The position numbers and the translations under genes are program-made. From assembly GCA_964016885.1 (NCBI GenBank), contig OZ024745.1:41416001-41480000 (forward strand): a stretch of DNA of 64,000 nt, written 5' to 3'. Below the pieces are notes generated by a model. It saw only the letters and a list, made by a program, of their open reading frames with translations. It was not told where the DNA came from and made no database searches. Each line of letters begins with the position of its first letter. Position 1 is the stretch's first letter. Of this stretch, positions 44,158 to 58,020 are shown piece after piece. This stretch comes from Eledone cirrhosa (lineage: Eukaryota).

Positions 44158-46171
44158 ATGGATAACACAAGAAAGAGAGAGAGCGCTGTCAGACAACACA
44201 GAGAAAGAGAGACTTTATCAGCATGTCAACAAGACAGGTAAATATAGTAGGTAAATATAAACGAAAATATTACAAAGGAAAAAAAGATTGTTACAGATGT
44301 AAAATTAACAAATATTTCTAACACAAACAACACCAACAATAACACCAACAACAACACCAAGAACAACACCATCAATAACAACAGCAACAACAAAAATAAC
44401 AGCGGTAAAGTCGAGAACGACAATAACAAAAATAACAGCCGTAAGGTCGTGAACGACAATAGCAAAAATAACAGCGGTAAGGTCGAGAACGAATATAACA
44501 ATGACAATAACAACAATCACAACAACAATAATAGGAGGAACAGTATCAACAAAAACAACAATAATAACAATAGCCACAATAACAGTAACAACAGCAACAG
44601 TATCAACGAAAACAACAACAACAACACCAACAACTGTACCAACGAAAACAACAACATTGACACCGATACCTGTAATAGCGATCTCAGCACCACCAGTAAG
44701 ACCAGTAGCGGCAGCAATAGTGGTGCTGCTGAAAAGGGGACCACTTCTTTTGCAGGTGTCGCCCGATATATCGAGACAGTGTTAGTCACAGAGGAGGAGA
44801 TGGCAGTCGCAAGGGCCATGGTGACAAGAAGAGCAAATAGAGTTTCCCTGAAACCTCCACCCGATTTTTTTCAAGGACCAGCAGCTACGGACGGTGACTT
44901 ACCGCACCGTAAGCAAAATCTCACATCGAGTGGAGAGAGCCACGGAGGCTCAAATCCAAAAGGCCTTGGGGTGCGTCTGGGCACGCAAAACCCACATCAC
45001 CCGAGGCAGAAAGTACTCCACAGTAGACGTACTTTTCGCCACCCCCCAGGAAGCAAAGTCTCACTCTTTGGAAATCCTAAAGAGTGAGGAGATAGTCTTG
45101 GTGCCCTCCTACTGCGGGCAGAAAATTGTGAGGGTCAAAGTGACCCAGGTCCCACCTGACGTGCTCATACCTTGGCTGGCCGCGTCTGTCCTTGCTGGAA
45201 TCGAGAACAGGGCGACCATGCTGCAAGTAGAAAAAATAGGGAGAGAGAACTGGTCAGGTATAGGCATGGAAATGCTTATACAAACTGACCAGGAATGTAT
45301 CGACGCTATCCCCGATATCATAGACATCGAGGAAGGACTCCAACTCCTTATAAGTGTAGAAGGAAGACGGCCAAAATGTTATCTCAGTGGGTCGAAGGGT
45401 CACCTCAGGGCCTTTTGCCCGCAGAAGACAGCGAAGAAAGCCCCTCTCCTTCCAATACCTGGTCCGCTGCTACCAAGAGCAGGGCAGGCAACAAACGAAG
45501 AAGCCCCTTCCACGGTGAGTAGGAGGGCAACGTCCGTAGCACCCGTACCAAGGCCACGGACAACTAAAGCAGCATCATCATTAGCGGCAACACCAATAGC
45601 TCCATCTGAAGTAGCTACACCAGCAACAAAATTGCCGAAGAGGGCTCCACTACCACCACCAACAGCCGTGGAGCACATACCCCTCCCAGACGCCACAGAA
45701 TCCGACATGGGGTTTGAGGCGGGAGTGAAGTGGCAAACGGTCTGCCACAAAAAACAAAAAACAAAAAAACTCTTAGATTCACCCTCCAAAAGCGAATGCA
45801 TACAAAGAGGGGTAAAGGCAGCAAGGAAACTTGCAGCAACACAACCACCATCACCACCACAAACACCAACAACGCAAACACAACAAGACACAGACACCAA
45901 ACAGCAACAAGAAGAAAACAGCAACAAAATCACCCCTCCCGCCAAAAAGTACACAGCCATAAACATGGCAAAAAAAGAACTCATACAATATATAAAGCAG
46001 CACACAGACATCACAGAAAAAAAACTACTACACCCCACCAACACCAAGAACTCTCCTGACAAACATAAGCATCATCGAAATTTCAATAGAACAGTACAAA
46101 CCTTTAAAACAAAAATTCCCCAACGCAGTTGGAGACTTCAGAGGGTCGGTTACCAAGAGGATATACACTGA
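44158..46171 (+). pseudogene. Tx1-like ORF1 (Asn/Thr-rich N-terminus, degenerate zinc knuckle), frameshifted
   Basis: 'VEGRRPKCYLSGSKGHLRAFCP' knuckle in ORF 44894-46171; upstream (AAC)-rich ORF pieces; the start at ATG 44158 is inferred. Confidence 0.7.
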
Positions 46172-46256
46172 CATCCTCTTGGAAACACCCATGACCAGCG
46201 AAACCACACGAACAAGGTAAGTGACACTTTCTCACTTGCCCCGTTTCTCATCCAAC

Positions 46257-49200
46257 ATGGCTGTACTCAGAATAGGCAGTATAAATGCACGTGGCCTGGG
46301 GTCATCTTGGAAGCAGGGTCACCTGCTCAATGACCTCAGGTCACTAAACATAGATGTGGTGGCCATCAGCGAAACTAGAATCTCCGAAGCACAAGCCTTC
46401 GCATCGATCTTCGGCGGCTACGATTTATACGCATCTCCCAGCCGTCCAGGATCGAAGGGAGGGGTTGCCGTCCTTTTTCGGAGGGGCTTGGAACTCGCGA
46501 TACGGGCCATCTTCCTGGACCCAGAATGTAAGTCGGTGGTGCTGGACGTGACCGGCAGCGAAGGCAATGCTTTCAGGCTAGTAGCCGTCTACGCCCCAAC
46601 ATGGGCAGGACGGCCAGATTTCTTCAGACGTCTAGAGACCTTTCTTGGAACATCCCGCTCTTTGTTGTTAGTGGGCGACTGGAACGGTATCTTGGATGCA
46701 CGCTGGGATCGTGTGGGGCTAGTGGATAGGGGAGGAGGGTGCAAGAGCCTCACCAACTTGCTCAGACGTTTTGAACTGTCTGACAGGTATCGACTGGATC
46801 ACCCGAATGTGCCAATGTGGACATGGACAAACCGCATCGGGTCATCCAGATCGTATCTCGATAGGGTATTCTGCAGAGAACTAGATAAGGCTAGTATAAG
46901 TTGTCCACAATTTAAAAAAGTCGACTACACAGATCACAAATTTGTGATCTGTGAGATCGACATAGACAGACTTCATAGACAAGGGCCTGGTTACTGGAAG
47001 CTGAACCCGTCTTTCCCGGCGCGCAAAGCCTACAGAGATCGGATTAGCGTATTAGTTAAGCGGGCGTTGACGGGAGCGGTCGTCAACAACAGCTGGTGGT
47101 TCGCCCTGAAAAGGGCAATTAAAGTAGAGTCGATTAGGTTTAGCAAAGGAGTAGTGATAGAGGAAAAATAGAGTAGAGGGAGAGCTAGTCAGAAAGCTAG
47201 AAGATGCGTTTAGGACAGGCATCGCAACCGACGTGCTCGCGGCGAGATTGGCACTCGACCAATTCTTCAACGCAAAACACGAAGGCGACGTTGTCAGAGC
47301 TAGAGCGCGTGCTCTGAAACACGAGGGGACAAAAGCCGTCCAATGGGCCCGGGTGGCAGAGGCGCGACGTGGCAACAAATCCACAATTCGGTCTTTGTCT
47401 GACCAAAACGGGTGCGTGATGCTCGAACCCGAGCGGATGTGTGAAGCTTTTCAGCAGCACTTTGCTTAACTGTTCGGGAGCGGCGGCGGCCCGGATCGGG
47501 CCATGGACTTCAGTGCAAACCTCGACGGACTGCCTCGGCTCTCGATGACCGCAGCACAGTGTTGCGAAAAGCCAATAACAGCAGGTGAAATACGGGAAGC
47601 GATGGCTAACTGCACAAGAGGTAAATCGCCAGGTTTAGATGGTCTGCCCTACGAGCTTTATGCATTTATGCCAGACTTGTTCGGTGACCTCTTGGCAGAC
47701 GTCTACTGCAACTGGCAGCAGAACGGGAGCATTCCCAGTTTTGTGAGCCGGGGAACAGTGGCGCTGCTGAGAAAAGACCCGAACAAGGGGGATGTTATCG
47801 ATAATTTCAGACCTATAACCTGGCTAAACGCAGAGTTCAAGATTTTGGCCAAGGTGTTAGCAACGAGGTTGGCGCTTTTCGTCAAGCGTCTGATGGGAGA
47901 GGCGCAGACATGCGCCATTCCGGACAGATCCATACACGACAACCTCCACCTCATGCGATACATCATAGAGAAGGTGGTTAAGGAACCTGGCAAGGGTGGG
48001 GCCCTGATCAACTTGGATCAATCCAAAGCATTCGAGAGGGTCGACCATCGGTACCTGGCGGTAGTCCTCGAGGCAGCTGGTTTCCGGCCCGTTTTCAGGG
48101 GTTGGATCGCAGCAATGTACAGCGACATCTGCTCAGTTGTGAGGGTGAACGGTCACCTGTCGCAGCCGTTCAGCATCATGCGCTCAGTCCGCCAGGGTTG
48201 TCCCCTCCCGTCCCTCTTGTACGTATTGGCTCTCGAGCCGTTACTGCACAAACTGGGGGCGTTGAGGGGCGTCCCACGCGAACTAGGATGCGGGAAATCC
48301 GAGTCGGCTTACGCTGACGACGTCACCGTGGTGGTGTCGAGCACCAGACACGTCCAGATGCTCGGCACCGCTCTCAAGGAATACGAAGCAGTGACGGTGG
48401 GCTTGCAGCTCGGCACCTGGAGAGGCAAGTCCATGCCGTCTGACAGCGTCGTGGGGCGTTGGACGGACGGACCGGTTAAATTGTTCGGGGTCTGGTTCAG
48501 ACCGGACCTCCAGATGGAGAAAAACTGGAACGAGGTGACGAGCAGGGTGGCCTCCCTCACCCAGAAATGGGCTGAGAGGAAGCTGTCCCTGAAAGGCCGG
48601 GCGGAGGTGGCGAATGCGTACATCGCATCCGTCATCTGCTACCGCCTCACCATCGTCCCTTGCTCCAGCCCAACTCTCACCAAAATGGAGCGCCTCCTCT
48701 TCCGCTTTTTGTGGAAGGGACGCGCTCCCATGGTCAGACGATCCATCTGCTGTCAAGACCCGTTGCGTGGAGGACTGGGCATGCCATGGCTGATGATGCG
48801 CAAACATGCCCTGCGGCTGCGACATCTCTGGTGGTTCCTTGATGGTGAACGGGTGTGGTCGCCGTTCGCCAGGCACGTTTTCCCACAGCTCGTCTCCTTG
48901 ACGGAGGTGCAGTCCTGGGTCAGACAATGACCAAGGGATAGCGCTTGGAAACTGGAATGTCTCCAGGCGCTCACTGCCCTCTCCCAGCTGGGCACCAGTA
49001 TCGGTGGAACATCCACCTCGGCGTTCTATAGAGGACTAGTGGAGGGGAAAAGCGACGACATTCTCGGAGATATCCTGGGCATCGAAGAAGATCAGCTGTT
49101 TGCTCTCTTCCGGAGAACTTTCAGCCCGGGGCCTATGGATAACTTCCAAAAATCCCTGGCCTGACAGTGCTACTGGGGAGCGCTGCTGGTTCGAGATAAG

Positions 49201-49650
49201 CTCTACAGGCACGGAAGTGCCGTCAGCCGAGCCTGTCCAAGATGCGCGCAGAGCGATGAAACCGTTGTGCACGCACTCGTTCAGTGCCCGAGCATTGCTT
49301 ACTTGTGGAGCTATGTCGAACAGTTGCTGTCGCGTGTGGGACTGATCCGGTTGTCGACTGAGTCCATTGTGCAGATGGTCTCGCCGTCTTCCTTTGAGGA
49401 GGAAGGGCAGGCGGTTTTCATCTGCCTGGTGGCCATGGCGAAAGAGATTGTGTGGTGGACAAGGTTAAAAGGGTTAAAGACAGACACTTTCCTATTCGGC
49501 GAATCCCTAATTAACTTTTTCAAGTTTCACTTGAAGAGGAAAATCAGGGTGGAGAGGCAGGTGCTGCTTTCTAGCAAGTTTGTTGAAAGGTGGGTGAATG
49601 TAGCGAGAATGGTCCGATTGAACGGGACCACTCTGAATATACGTCTGTAG
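46257..49650 (+). pseudogene. Tx1-like ORF2 (APE endonuclease, reverse transcriptase, C-terminal zinc finger), disrupted
   Basis: 'SINARGL', 'ISET', 'VYAP', 'GDWN', 'YTDH', 'KSPGLDG', 'FRPI', 'DQSKAF', 'RQGCP', 'YADD', 'CPRC..ETVVH..C'; one frameshift near 47165 and in-frame stops at 47467, 48928 and 49162. Confidence 0.92.
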
Positions 49651-49974
49651 TTTGAGAGATGAAAAAATTGAGAGAGGGCGCTTGCCCTGGTGGTCAGGGT
49701 GGCCGTCGTCTTTTGTGTGGTTTTCGCCACGAGTAACCATCGGAGGTTTCCCCCCTATTGGGGAATATTTCATTGTTTCAATTTTCATTTTTATTGTTTA
49801 TATATATATATGTTTCTGTTCTTTTTTTTCTTTTCTTACATAAATAATAAAAATATTTACACGCACAAAACCCACATCGTACCGTCCTGCTCCGTCTGTG
49901 ATGTTTTTCTCGATGTCAGCCCTTGTGGCCAATAAAGAAACATTATTACACTTATTATTATTATTATTAGTATT

Positions 49975-51040
49975 AGTATTACTGATTTTATTCTTTGAGT
50001 CTCAGGCATTGATGTTATTTAACTGGAAAATTTGTTGAAATGAATATCAAGCCGCTACCTGCAGCCTCAGATATTCAGGACGTATCGGAGGGTTCTTGCT
50101 GTTCCCAGCAAGCATGCCTTTTGAAGTGTTCCAAAAAGCGGGGCTGGACTAATTTTCTTTAACCACCCTTGGAAACTCTTTGAGATAGTACCAGGTGCGC
50201 CTATGACAATCGGGACGACTCTGACTTCATGGCAGTTCCAAATCCTTTTTACCTCCCACTTTAAGTCCTGGTATCGGTTAATTTTCTCCCTCTCCTTTTC
50301 TTGCACTCTCGTGTCAAATGGGCAGGCTACATCTACAATCAGGTATGATCTTTTTTCCTTGTCCAAAACCACCAGGTCAGGCCTATTGTGTTCCAGTTTC
50401 TTGTCCGTTTGTATCCTAAAATCCCATAGCACCTTCACCTGATCGTTTTCTATCACCGACTCTGGCTTATGCTCATACCACTTCTCAGCATGTGGTAAAT
50501 TATTTACTTTGCATAGGTGCCAGTGGATCACCCTTCCCATCACATATATGTCTCCAGCCTTTATAGTGAGTCTGGGCTAGGTGTTTACACTCGGATACAA
50601 TGTGAGCCACAGTCTCCTCTCTCTCTCCACAGATCCTACACAGTGGGCTAGCCTCCTCCTTGTAAATATGGTGTTTCACCCACTTTGTTCTGAGGGCCTG
50701 CTCTTGCGCAGCCATTAGCATTCTTTCTGTAGACTTTTTAAGGTCTCCTCTTTTTAACCAGTTCCATGTCTGTGGATCTCTAAATTCAGTTTTCCCAAAG
50801 AAGGTACTATGAAGGGATTTTTCATGAAGGTTGCTCTTCCTCCTTGCTGTTATTTCCTCCTTGGACATCCCCTGGTCTATTGTCCTCTCCTTCAGTACAA
50901 TTCTGAGCATTGGCTCCCTACTGTCAGTCACGTATTTGTGCAGGTTGTTTTTCTCCATCTGAACACAGTCCTCTATGATGATAAGACCTCTTCCACCTTC
51001 AGATCTCTTTAAGTAGAGTCTATCGACATCACTCCTCTTT
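49975..51040 (-). mobile_element. 5'-truncated R4/Dong-like non-LTR retrotransposon in (TAA)n
   Basis: 'SDVDRLYLKRSEGGRGL', 'AAQEQAL', 'CRICGEREETVAHIVSEC', 'HNRPDLVVLDK', 'VDVACP', 'LQKACLLGT'; (TTA)n on both sides. Confidence 0.9.
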
Positions 51041-51062
51041 TTATTATTATTTCTTTTTTTTT

Positions 51063-51250
51063 TGTTGGATTGGCAGTATCGGTAGAGGGTCGGACGCCAT
51101 GCTTTGCAGCAAAGAGCTTCGGCCCTTTATGGTTTGAGTTCAAATCCCGCCGAGGTTAACTTTACCTTTCATCCTTACGAGGTCGATAAAATAAAGTACC
51201 AGTAATACACTGGAATAATTGCTGGCCTTGTGCCAAAAGTAGAAACAATT
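51063..51250 (+). mobile_element. tRNA-type SINE, full copy
   Basis: Closely matches 35097-35285. Confidence 0.8.
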
Positions 51251-51267
51251 TTTTATTTTTTTTTTTA

Positions 51268-51616
51268 TTTCATTTGAAAAGGAAAATCAGGGTAGAGAGG
51301 GAAGTGCACTCTTCCCAGCATTTTGTTGAAAGATGGGTGCGAGAGGCAAGAATGGCCCGAGTGAATGGGTGTGTAAATTAAAGGTGGGAAACTGGGAGAG
51401 AGCACTTGCCCTGGTGGTCAGGATCACTGTGGCTTTTTAATGGGCTTTCTCCACGAATCTCCCTCTGAAGTCTCCCCCGTATTGGGAAATTTTTCATTGT
51501 TATTTTTTTGTTACATCCTCTATTTTTGTTTATTGCACGCAGAAATGCCCATTTGTACCGTCCTGTGTTGTCCTTAATGTCTACTTTATGTAAACCCTTG
51601 TGGTTAATAAAGAAAG

Positions 51617-51670
<54 letters not shown>
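51268..51670 (+). mobile_element. 3' stub of a related Tx1-like LINE with (TTA)n tail
   Basis: tttcatttgaaaaggaaaatcagggtagagagg... is homologous to 49525-49945 and ends AATAAAGAAAGC-(ATT)n. Confidence 0.85.
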
Positions 51671-51673
<3 letters not shown>

Positions 51674-52965
51674 AATTCGTTCCTTCTTTCCTTCATATAT
51701 TTTTTTTCTTACTTCTATCTCTTGATGTTCTGAACTGCGGATCTCCATAGGTTATCCACTTTGTTCTGGTGATGTGTGCCATATATTAGATTGAACTAGA
51801 TTCCAATACAAAGCTCAGCAATAATTCGCATGAATAACACAATCAGCTATAATAATTTCCATTAACAAGAAAGAATTATAGTTATAGAAAGAGAGACAAT
51901 AAAAGAAAGAAAATAGTGACAGATGTGTGTCTGTGTCGACTTGTAATAGCCAATAACTTTAACTACTCTTCATATATATTGATGATGAAATACAGAATAG
52001 TACAATTTCATATTCGGAATCGGAGCGGATCATTAGTAGTATTTTACTTTATATATATTTTTTTATATATATTTAGTTTTTGGAGATCAAAGTACACTGC
52101 CTTTAGTCCTTGTATCTCTTTTTCACAGACTTATTAATTTTGATGTGGTAGACATTCGGCATGTAGTTCTGCAATTTAATATATGATGGAATGACCTGAA
52201 GCATTTGTGGATTTAAAGGGTTGCCAAGTGGAGAGAAAGGATTGGATTGGCGTTAAGAGAGGGATATGTGCGTAAGATAGATTATAGATTATGCGTGGAT
52301 GACATCAGGAGATATCAAAGAGAGATAATTTAGAGATGATGGGAGGATGGAATATATGCGAGATGTGAAAGGATATAATAAATGCGAGGTTTCTGGATGG
52401 AGGAGACAGATTAGAGATGCGTTAAGATAAGGGGGAAATATGAGGATGAGTTAGGCTAGAGATGCTAATATAGATAGGTATTGTGATGAGATATGTAAGA
52501 GATATGAGTCTGACATAAGAGGAAGGAGAAAGATTAGCGATGTGCCGTGATGATGATGTATGATAAAGGGATCAATATGAGACATATTACATATGTGATG
52601 TTGAAATGAGATGAAGGTATCAGAATAGGATATGTAACATGGAGGAAACAGGTTAGAGATGTGATGTAATAATAGGCTAATAGGGTGAATGAGGAGACAG
52701 GTAAGTGATGTGGTGTGAGGTTGAAATAAGAATGGATAACTGTGAAGGAGACTAGATAGAAACGTGATGAGATGATGTAACAAAATGATACTATCAGAAG
52801 TAGGGATATTATCGTGATGTGGTGATGGAATAAGAGAGTGATATCAGGGGGAGGCTAGTGAATACTGTGATGAAATTTTAGATTGCTAGGAAGTTGTCGA
52901 GGAAACTAATTACTAATGTGAACATTAAATAAGTGTTAAAATATGAATGCACACACAGAAACTAA

Positions 52966-53073
52966 TAGGAACAAGTATGACCCCGACGGCAGAGCTCAAG
53001 CCGTTTCGACGGGTATTTCTGGACTGAAATAGCCGTCGAAACGGCTTGAGCTCTGCCGTCGGGGTCTTGTTCC

Positions 53074-53075
<2 letters not shown>
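52966..53075. mobile_element. palindromic repeat (same family as 7680-7795)
   Basis: ataggaacaagtatgaccccgacggcagagctcaagccgtttcgacgg...ccgtcgaaacggcttgagctctgccgtcggggtcttgttcctat near-perfect hairpin. Confidence 0.75.
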
Positions 53076-53105
<30 letters not shown>

Positions 53106-53255
53106 TAGTTATGTAATAAACAACATAAGGCAATTATTCCATTTACCAGTGGTTTCTTAAAATCAAAAAATATGGCTTTCAATCCTCAGAATGAAAAAAT
53201 CCTGTTACCTACAATGAGCACTCTTTTTTCCTGGACTTTTCCGACGGAATTACTT

Positions 53256-53331
<76 letters not shown>

Positions 53332-53939
53332 CCTCTGCTGCTACACCGTCTTTTTCGTTCTATCTATCTTTACCCTTTCTAGCAGTCTCTCTCTCTGTTA
53401 GCCTCTTCCTCACCTCACCCTTCACTCACTACTTCTCTGTCACTACCTCTCCTCCTCCTCCTCCTCCTCCTCTTTCTTCCCGTTTGACCTGTGAGTAACT
53501 CTTTTCTCTCACATTCTCGGCCAAGCTGGTCGGAATTTTTTCTCTCGCGTCTACGATTTCACAGAACTTATGTTTACCGAATTCGCAGACCAGACCCCTT
53601 CTTCCTCCCGTTAGACCTGTGCGAAATTCCTTCCTTGCTCACATTTCAACCAGGTTTGATGGTCTTTATTCTCTCGTTCACGATTTCACCGAACTTAAAT
53701 TCATAGAAATCTGGGACTTGTTTCCTCCTTCCTCACTTTCTGTTGCCTCACCATTTTGTTTGTTTACCCTCGCGTCCCCTTTATTTACGTGTCCCAACGA
53801 CTTTTTTTAGCCGTTGCTCGCACCAACCGGAGGTATATGGTCTTTAAAGCGATGAAATACCTATGATAGTTGGAAGATCACTGATGAAGGACAAACTTTT
53901 TCATATGTAACCTATTTGCAACTCCGCAGCGCCCTTATT

Positions 53940-54026
<87 letters not shown>

Positions 54027-54572
54027 CAATTATCAAAGTTGTGTTCAAATTTAATACCTGACAATCCTGCTCTGTAAAACAACTGATGTTCATACATTGA
54101 GCTATTTCTCTTACTGGTAATAAGGTAATAAGAAATTCCTGACCTTCCTGTTTATAGTTGATTATACTATATACATAACTATAAATAGTTATGTATATAG
54201 TATATTAATAGCGATTCTTTGCTTAAACTTTAATCTGTTATTTTAATAAATATATATATATATATAGTTTATCTAAATTTCGTAATAAATATCCGAAGCG
54301 TGTAGAGCAGTCAATCCGAGAGACGAATTGTGCATACAGTTATTTATTACACTAACTGATTCAGCTTACCGGAGGCTTGTAGATCAGAGAAAACTACCAG
54401 ATTGGTGACTTCGGCCTTCCTCTTTCTCATTTTGCATCACTTGCACATAAACACATGTGGATCAACCAGTTTTTATTTTTATTTACTCTTTGTCCCCCCC
54501 CCCCACACACACATACACATTTACACACAGTCTATCTATTTATCCTCTATTTATCTATGTCCCTCAATCCCA

Positions 54573-54651
<79 letters not shown>

Positions 54652-55444
54652 TCTTCCTTTCCAATTAAATACAAATTAACCCGAAATATCAAACCTTTCT
54701 TTCACTCCCTCAGCCTCAAACTAGTAAACCTGTCCTGTTATTCATTTTCTGTGCTCTTATTTGCTAAACATTTGAATATATTTTTCTCCATACTGATGTA
54801 GTAATAGGAGCTGTGCAGAATACATGGGCTGTACTGGATATCTCACAATTATAGCAAATCTAGACGACGTATTCTGACTAAATAATGCTGATGAGAAGCA
54901 GCGTACAATTAAGACAACAGGGTTAGAAATCTAACATATATGGACAGCAGAGATAACAGGTAAACAAAAAAAAGCTATCTTTGAGCATGTTATGTAAAAT
55001 ACAAATTGCTAATTTGTGATTACTATGGGCTTCCGTCTCTAGTGTACATTAGATAGCTGCGTGTTATCAAAGCGGAGGTTACAGACATTTTAAAGCATGT
55101 TATAGCAGAATGGAAGTCATCCTTTACAGAGTATACTATGTGGAATAACAAAATCATGAGTATCCTTTCTGATGCACAAAAATAACAATTAATCGGCGCC
55201 AATGCGACTAGAATTAAGGCATTGGCAACAGTATCTTACTTAAACAAGACTTCTCTACACTACACTTTAACCCACTATGGTTTTCTTTAAATGTTTCAAA
55301 CATTTACCCGTCTTACGTTTGGTGGTGTAGCCTAAAGATATTTCAGCTAGCTAAGTCGGAATTAAGTTGCAGCATTGCCGTAGGGCTGTTTCAAAATCTT
55401 TACTTTTACTATCTATGTGTGTCAAGTATTGGCAAATGTGGATG

Positions 55445-55482
<38 letters not shown>

Positions 55483-56066
55483 AGTGTGTGAGTGTGTGTA
55501 TGTGGGGGGGGGGGGGGGGGCATGCGTATGTGTGAGCGCGTGTGGATGTTTGTGTCTGCGTCTTCAATTTAAAAACATCAAAATATTAACTGATGAAATA
55601 CTTCAATACAAATTTTAATATGTATTAAACAGAATTACTATTATTTCGATGTTTCGCTAAAGGCAGCTTGTGATAAGCGTCTCCACCGAAAAGAAAAATT
55701 GTATATTCAAATAATATGATCGATAAATATGAGCGCTGATGTAAGCAGTGGAGACAGATGGAAGTATGCTTTTGGCGTATAGGTGTAGATTTTAGGAACT
55801 TATGTTATATTTAAAAAAGCGCAAGTCTTACTTTTTAACAGGCCTTACATGCTAGCATATTAACACCGCTAAACACAGCATCTGGAAAATCGGTAAAAAT
55901 AATAGGTTTGATTATCACTATCACTATGAGAAAAATCAAACTTCTGTTCTTTAATTATAGCACTTCAATCATTTGCGGGTGCAATGACATGCAAAATAAA
56001 CATAGTTGTAAATGCACAGATGGATATTATCGAAATAGTAACCAAATCTAAGAAAAAAGCGTTAGT

Positions 56067-56098
<32 letters not shown>

Positions 56099-56975
56099 CG
56101 GGCGAATAAACAGAGGAGGGACACAGAGAGGGAGAGAGAGTGAGAGAGAGAGAGGGGGGAGCTGAAGTAATGTTACCTTGGAAATATTCATTGATCCCTT
56201 ATTTCGGGTGTACCATCCATTGTCAAGGGAGTGCGAAGGAAACTTCGAAAAACGTCAGAGAGGGTTCGACCAATTCACCTTGAGCTCCATAAGATTCTTC
56301 AGGCTCTGTGTAGATGCTTTTGCTATTGTTTGATCAGTGTTTGTGCAGATAAGAATGCCATAGAAGAGAAATTAATGCATTCTCCATCGGAAACATCGAA
56401 TCAAGAAGTATAGGGCATTGTACTCAGATGGAATACATTCAGACAAATCAAAAACAAGAGATATCAAGACAAATATAAAATGTAATGTCTGGTAGAAATA
56501 GTAAGACAATGAAATTACAAGAAAACAACAAAATATAAGGAAATAAAAAGAAATCCAGACGAGACAAAGAAATGTATAAACAAGATGAATTTTTTACATA
56601 TGACGTAAGGAAAAATGTTCGCAAATTGCATCAACTAATAAAATGTAAATATATACAATTTTATTGGTAATATACACAGTTTTACTGTAAATATATATCA
56701 CCACTTTAAATATAAACAATTTTATTATGAATATATACGATTTTACCATAAATAGATATCGTTTAATTGTAAATATTTAAGTGTTTATATGCATATTTTG
56801 TAGAAAACATATGCGATTTAGGTATAAATATGTACAATAACGCTGTAGATACGTTAGATATAAATGTAAATATATTCGAATGTACCTAAATTAAGATTTT
56901 GTTATAGATATGTGGGTGTATACATATATACATTTATAAATGTGTGTGCAAAGCTATCAGAATTCACATATTAAC

Positions 56976-57055
56976 TATTGGGTAGTCAAGTATGAAATTT
57001 GTGGAAATTTGTATAAAAAAATGTTTCTACAAATTTAATACTTGACGACCCAATA
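56976..57055. mobile_element. mariner-type mini-MITE (80 bp) with TA ends
   Basis: TATTGGGTAGTCAAGTATGAAATTTGT ... ACAAATTTAATACTTGACGACCCAATA. Confidence 0.7.
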
Positions 57056-58020
57056 TTATATAGTTGAATAAGGCAGGTATATTCTCTTTAGTGAGAGTAT
57101 ATTGGGACATAGGCCTCTACGGGAATCGAACCACGTAACTGCCACATACTGGACAGCTTTGATAACCGTTACCTAAAGTAAACTGACCCACCTTTCAACT
57201 AATGAGAAACCTTGACAGTTGACTAAAAGGATAAATAAAACAATAAGATTTCGAATATATGTGGCAAATTTGAAAATTTGGAATATATTGACTTTTATTA
57301 ACCCTTCATAAACCTGTTGGATTATTTACATTCTTAGTCAATTTTTAAGACTTTAAATTTATACATGAAAAGTTAATTAGTTTGCTTTGGTGGAAATGTT
57401 ATACCTACAGTCTGCGACATGCAGATGCGATTCCTGCAAACACCTCAAAGTTTAAAATTTGCACAATTTCTTTATAAATAGCAATACCTAATTTTCTGTG
57501 AAAGCCACTCCATATGCACTGTCGCCAACAGATGGGGCAGTGGAAACTAATTAATTAGTCCGCGAAGAAAGTATCAAATTCTCTAACCTCACGAAATCAC
57601 TTTTCTTACTATTTAATTTTGTAGCGTGCACCCTGTTTTCATTTGAGTTAGTATCTTAAGGATACTAGTTTGATTAAAACATCGAATGATTGGGAAAACG
57701 ATCTATATATATCTGTATATATATGTATATATATCATACATATACGAAGTCATTAGAAAGTACAAACCACAAAAAAAATGATATTCCATCTTCAAATAAC
57801 GGGATTCTCCCCCTTTCTCTTTTCTTTAAAAAATCGCATATTGAAAAAAGAAAAGTATCCAAATAGAAGTTGATGACACACGCACTTACAAACATTCGAT
57901 AGTTGAAGAGAAGAACAACCCTCGGAGGTACACTAACAACCCATTAATTCCTCCTTCCCCACCCTAATGTATATGTGAACTTAAATACTTGAGTAGATGT
58001 GTGTATAGACAGTGGCGGAC

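Larger units (their letters stand above)
43955..49950 (+). mobile_element. near full-length L1/Tx1-clade LINE (~6 kb)
   Basis: ORF1 with degenerate CCHC knuckle; ORF2 with APE, RT and zinc finger; 3' UTR ending AATAAAGAAAC-(ATT)n. Confidence 0.92.

Noticed and set aside
52240-52860. Purine-rich (GA/GAT) tract and its His/Ser-rich antisense ORF
   Set aside because: Low-complexity sequence without periodicity or protein motif.
53875-53940. CACTGATGAAGGAC as a hammerhead 5' half
   Set aside because: No matching GAAA/UH half before the (TA)n tract.
57100-57180. tRNA gene (minus-strand GGTTCGATTCCC B box)
   Set aside because: No cloverleaf or clear A box; probably a SINE-like remnant.
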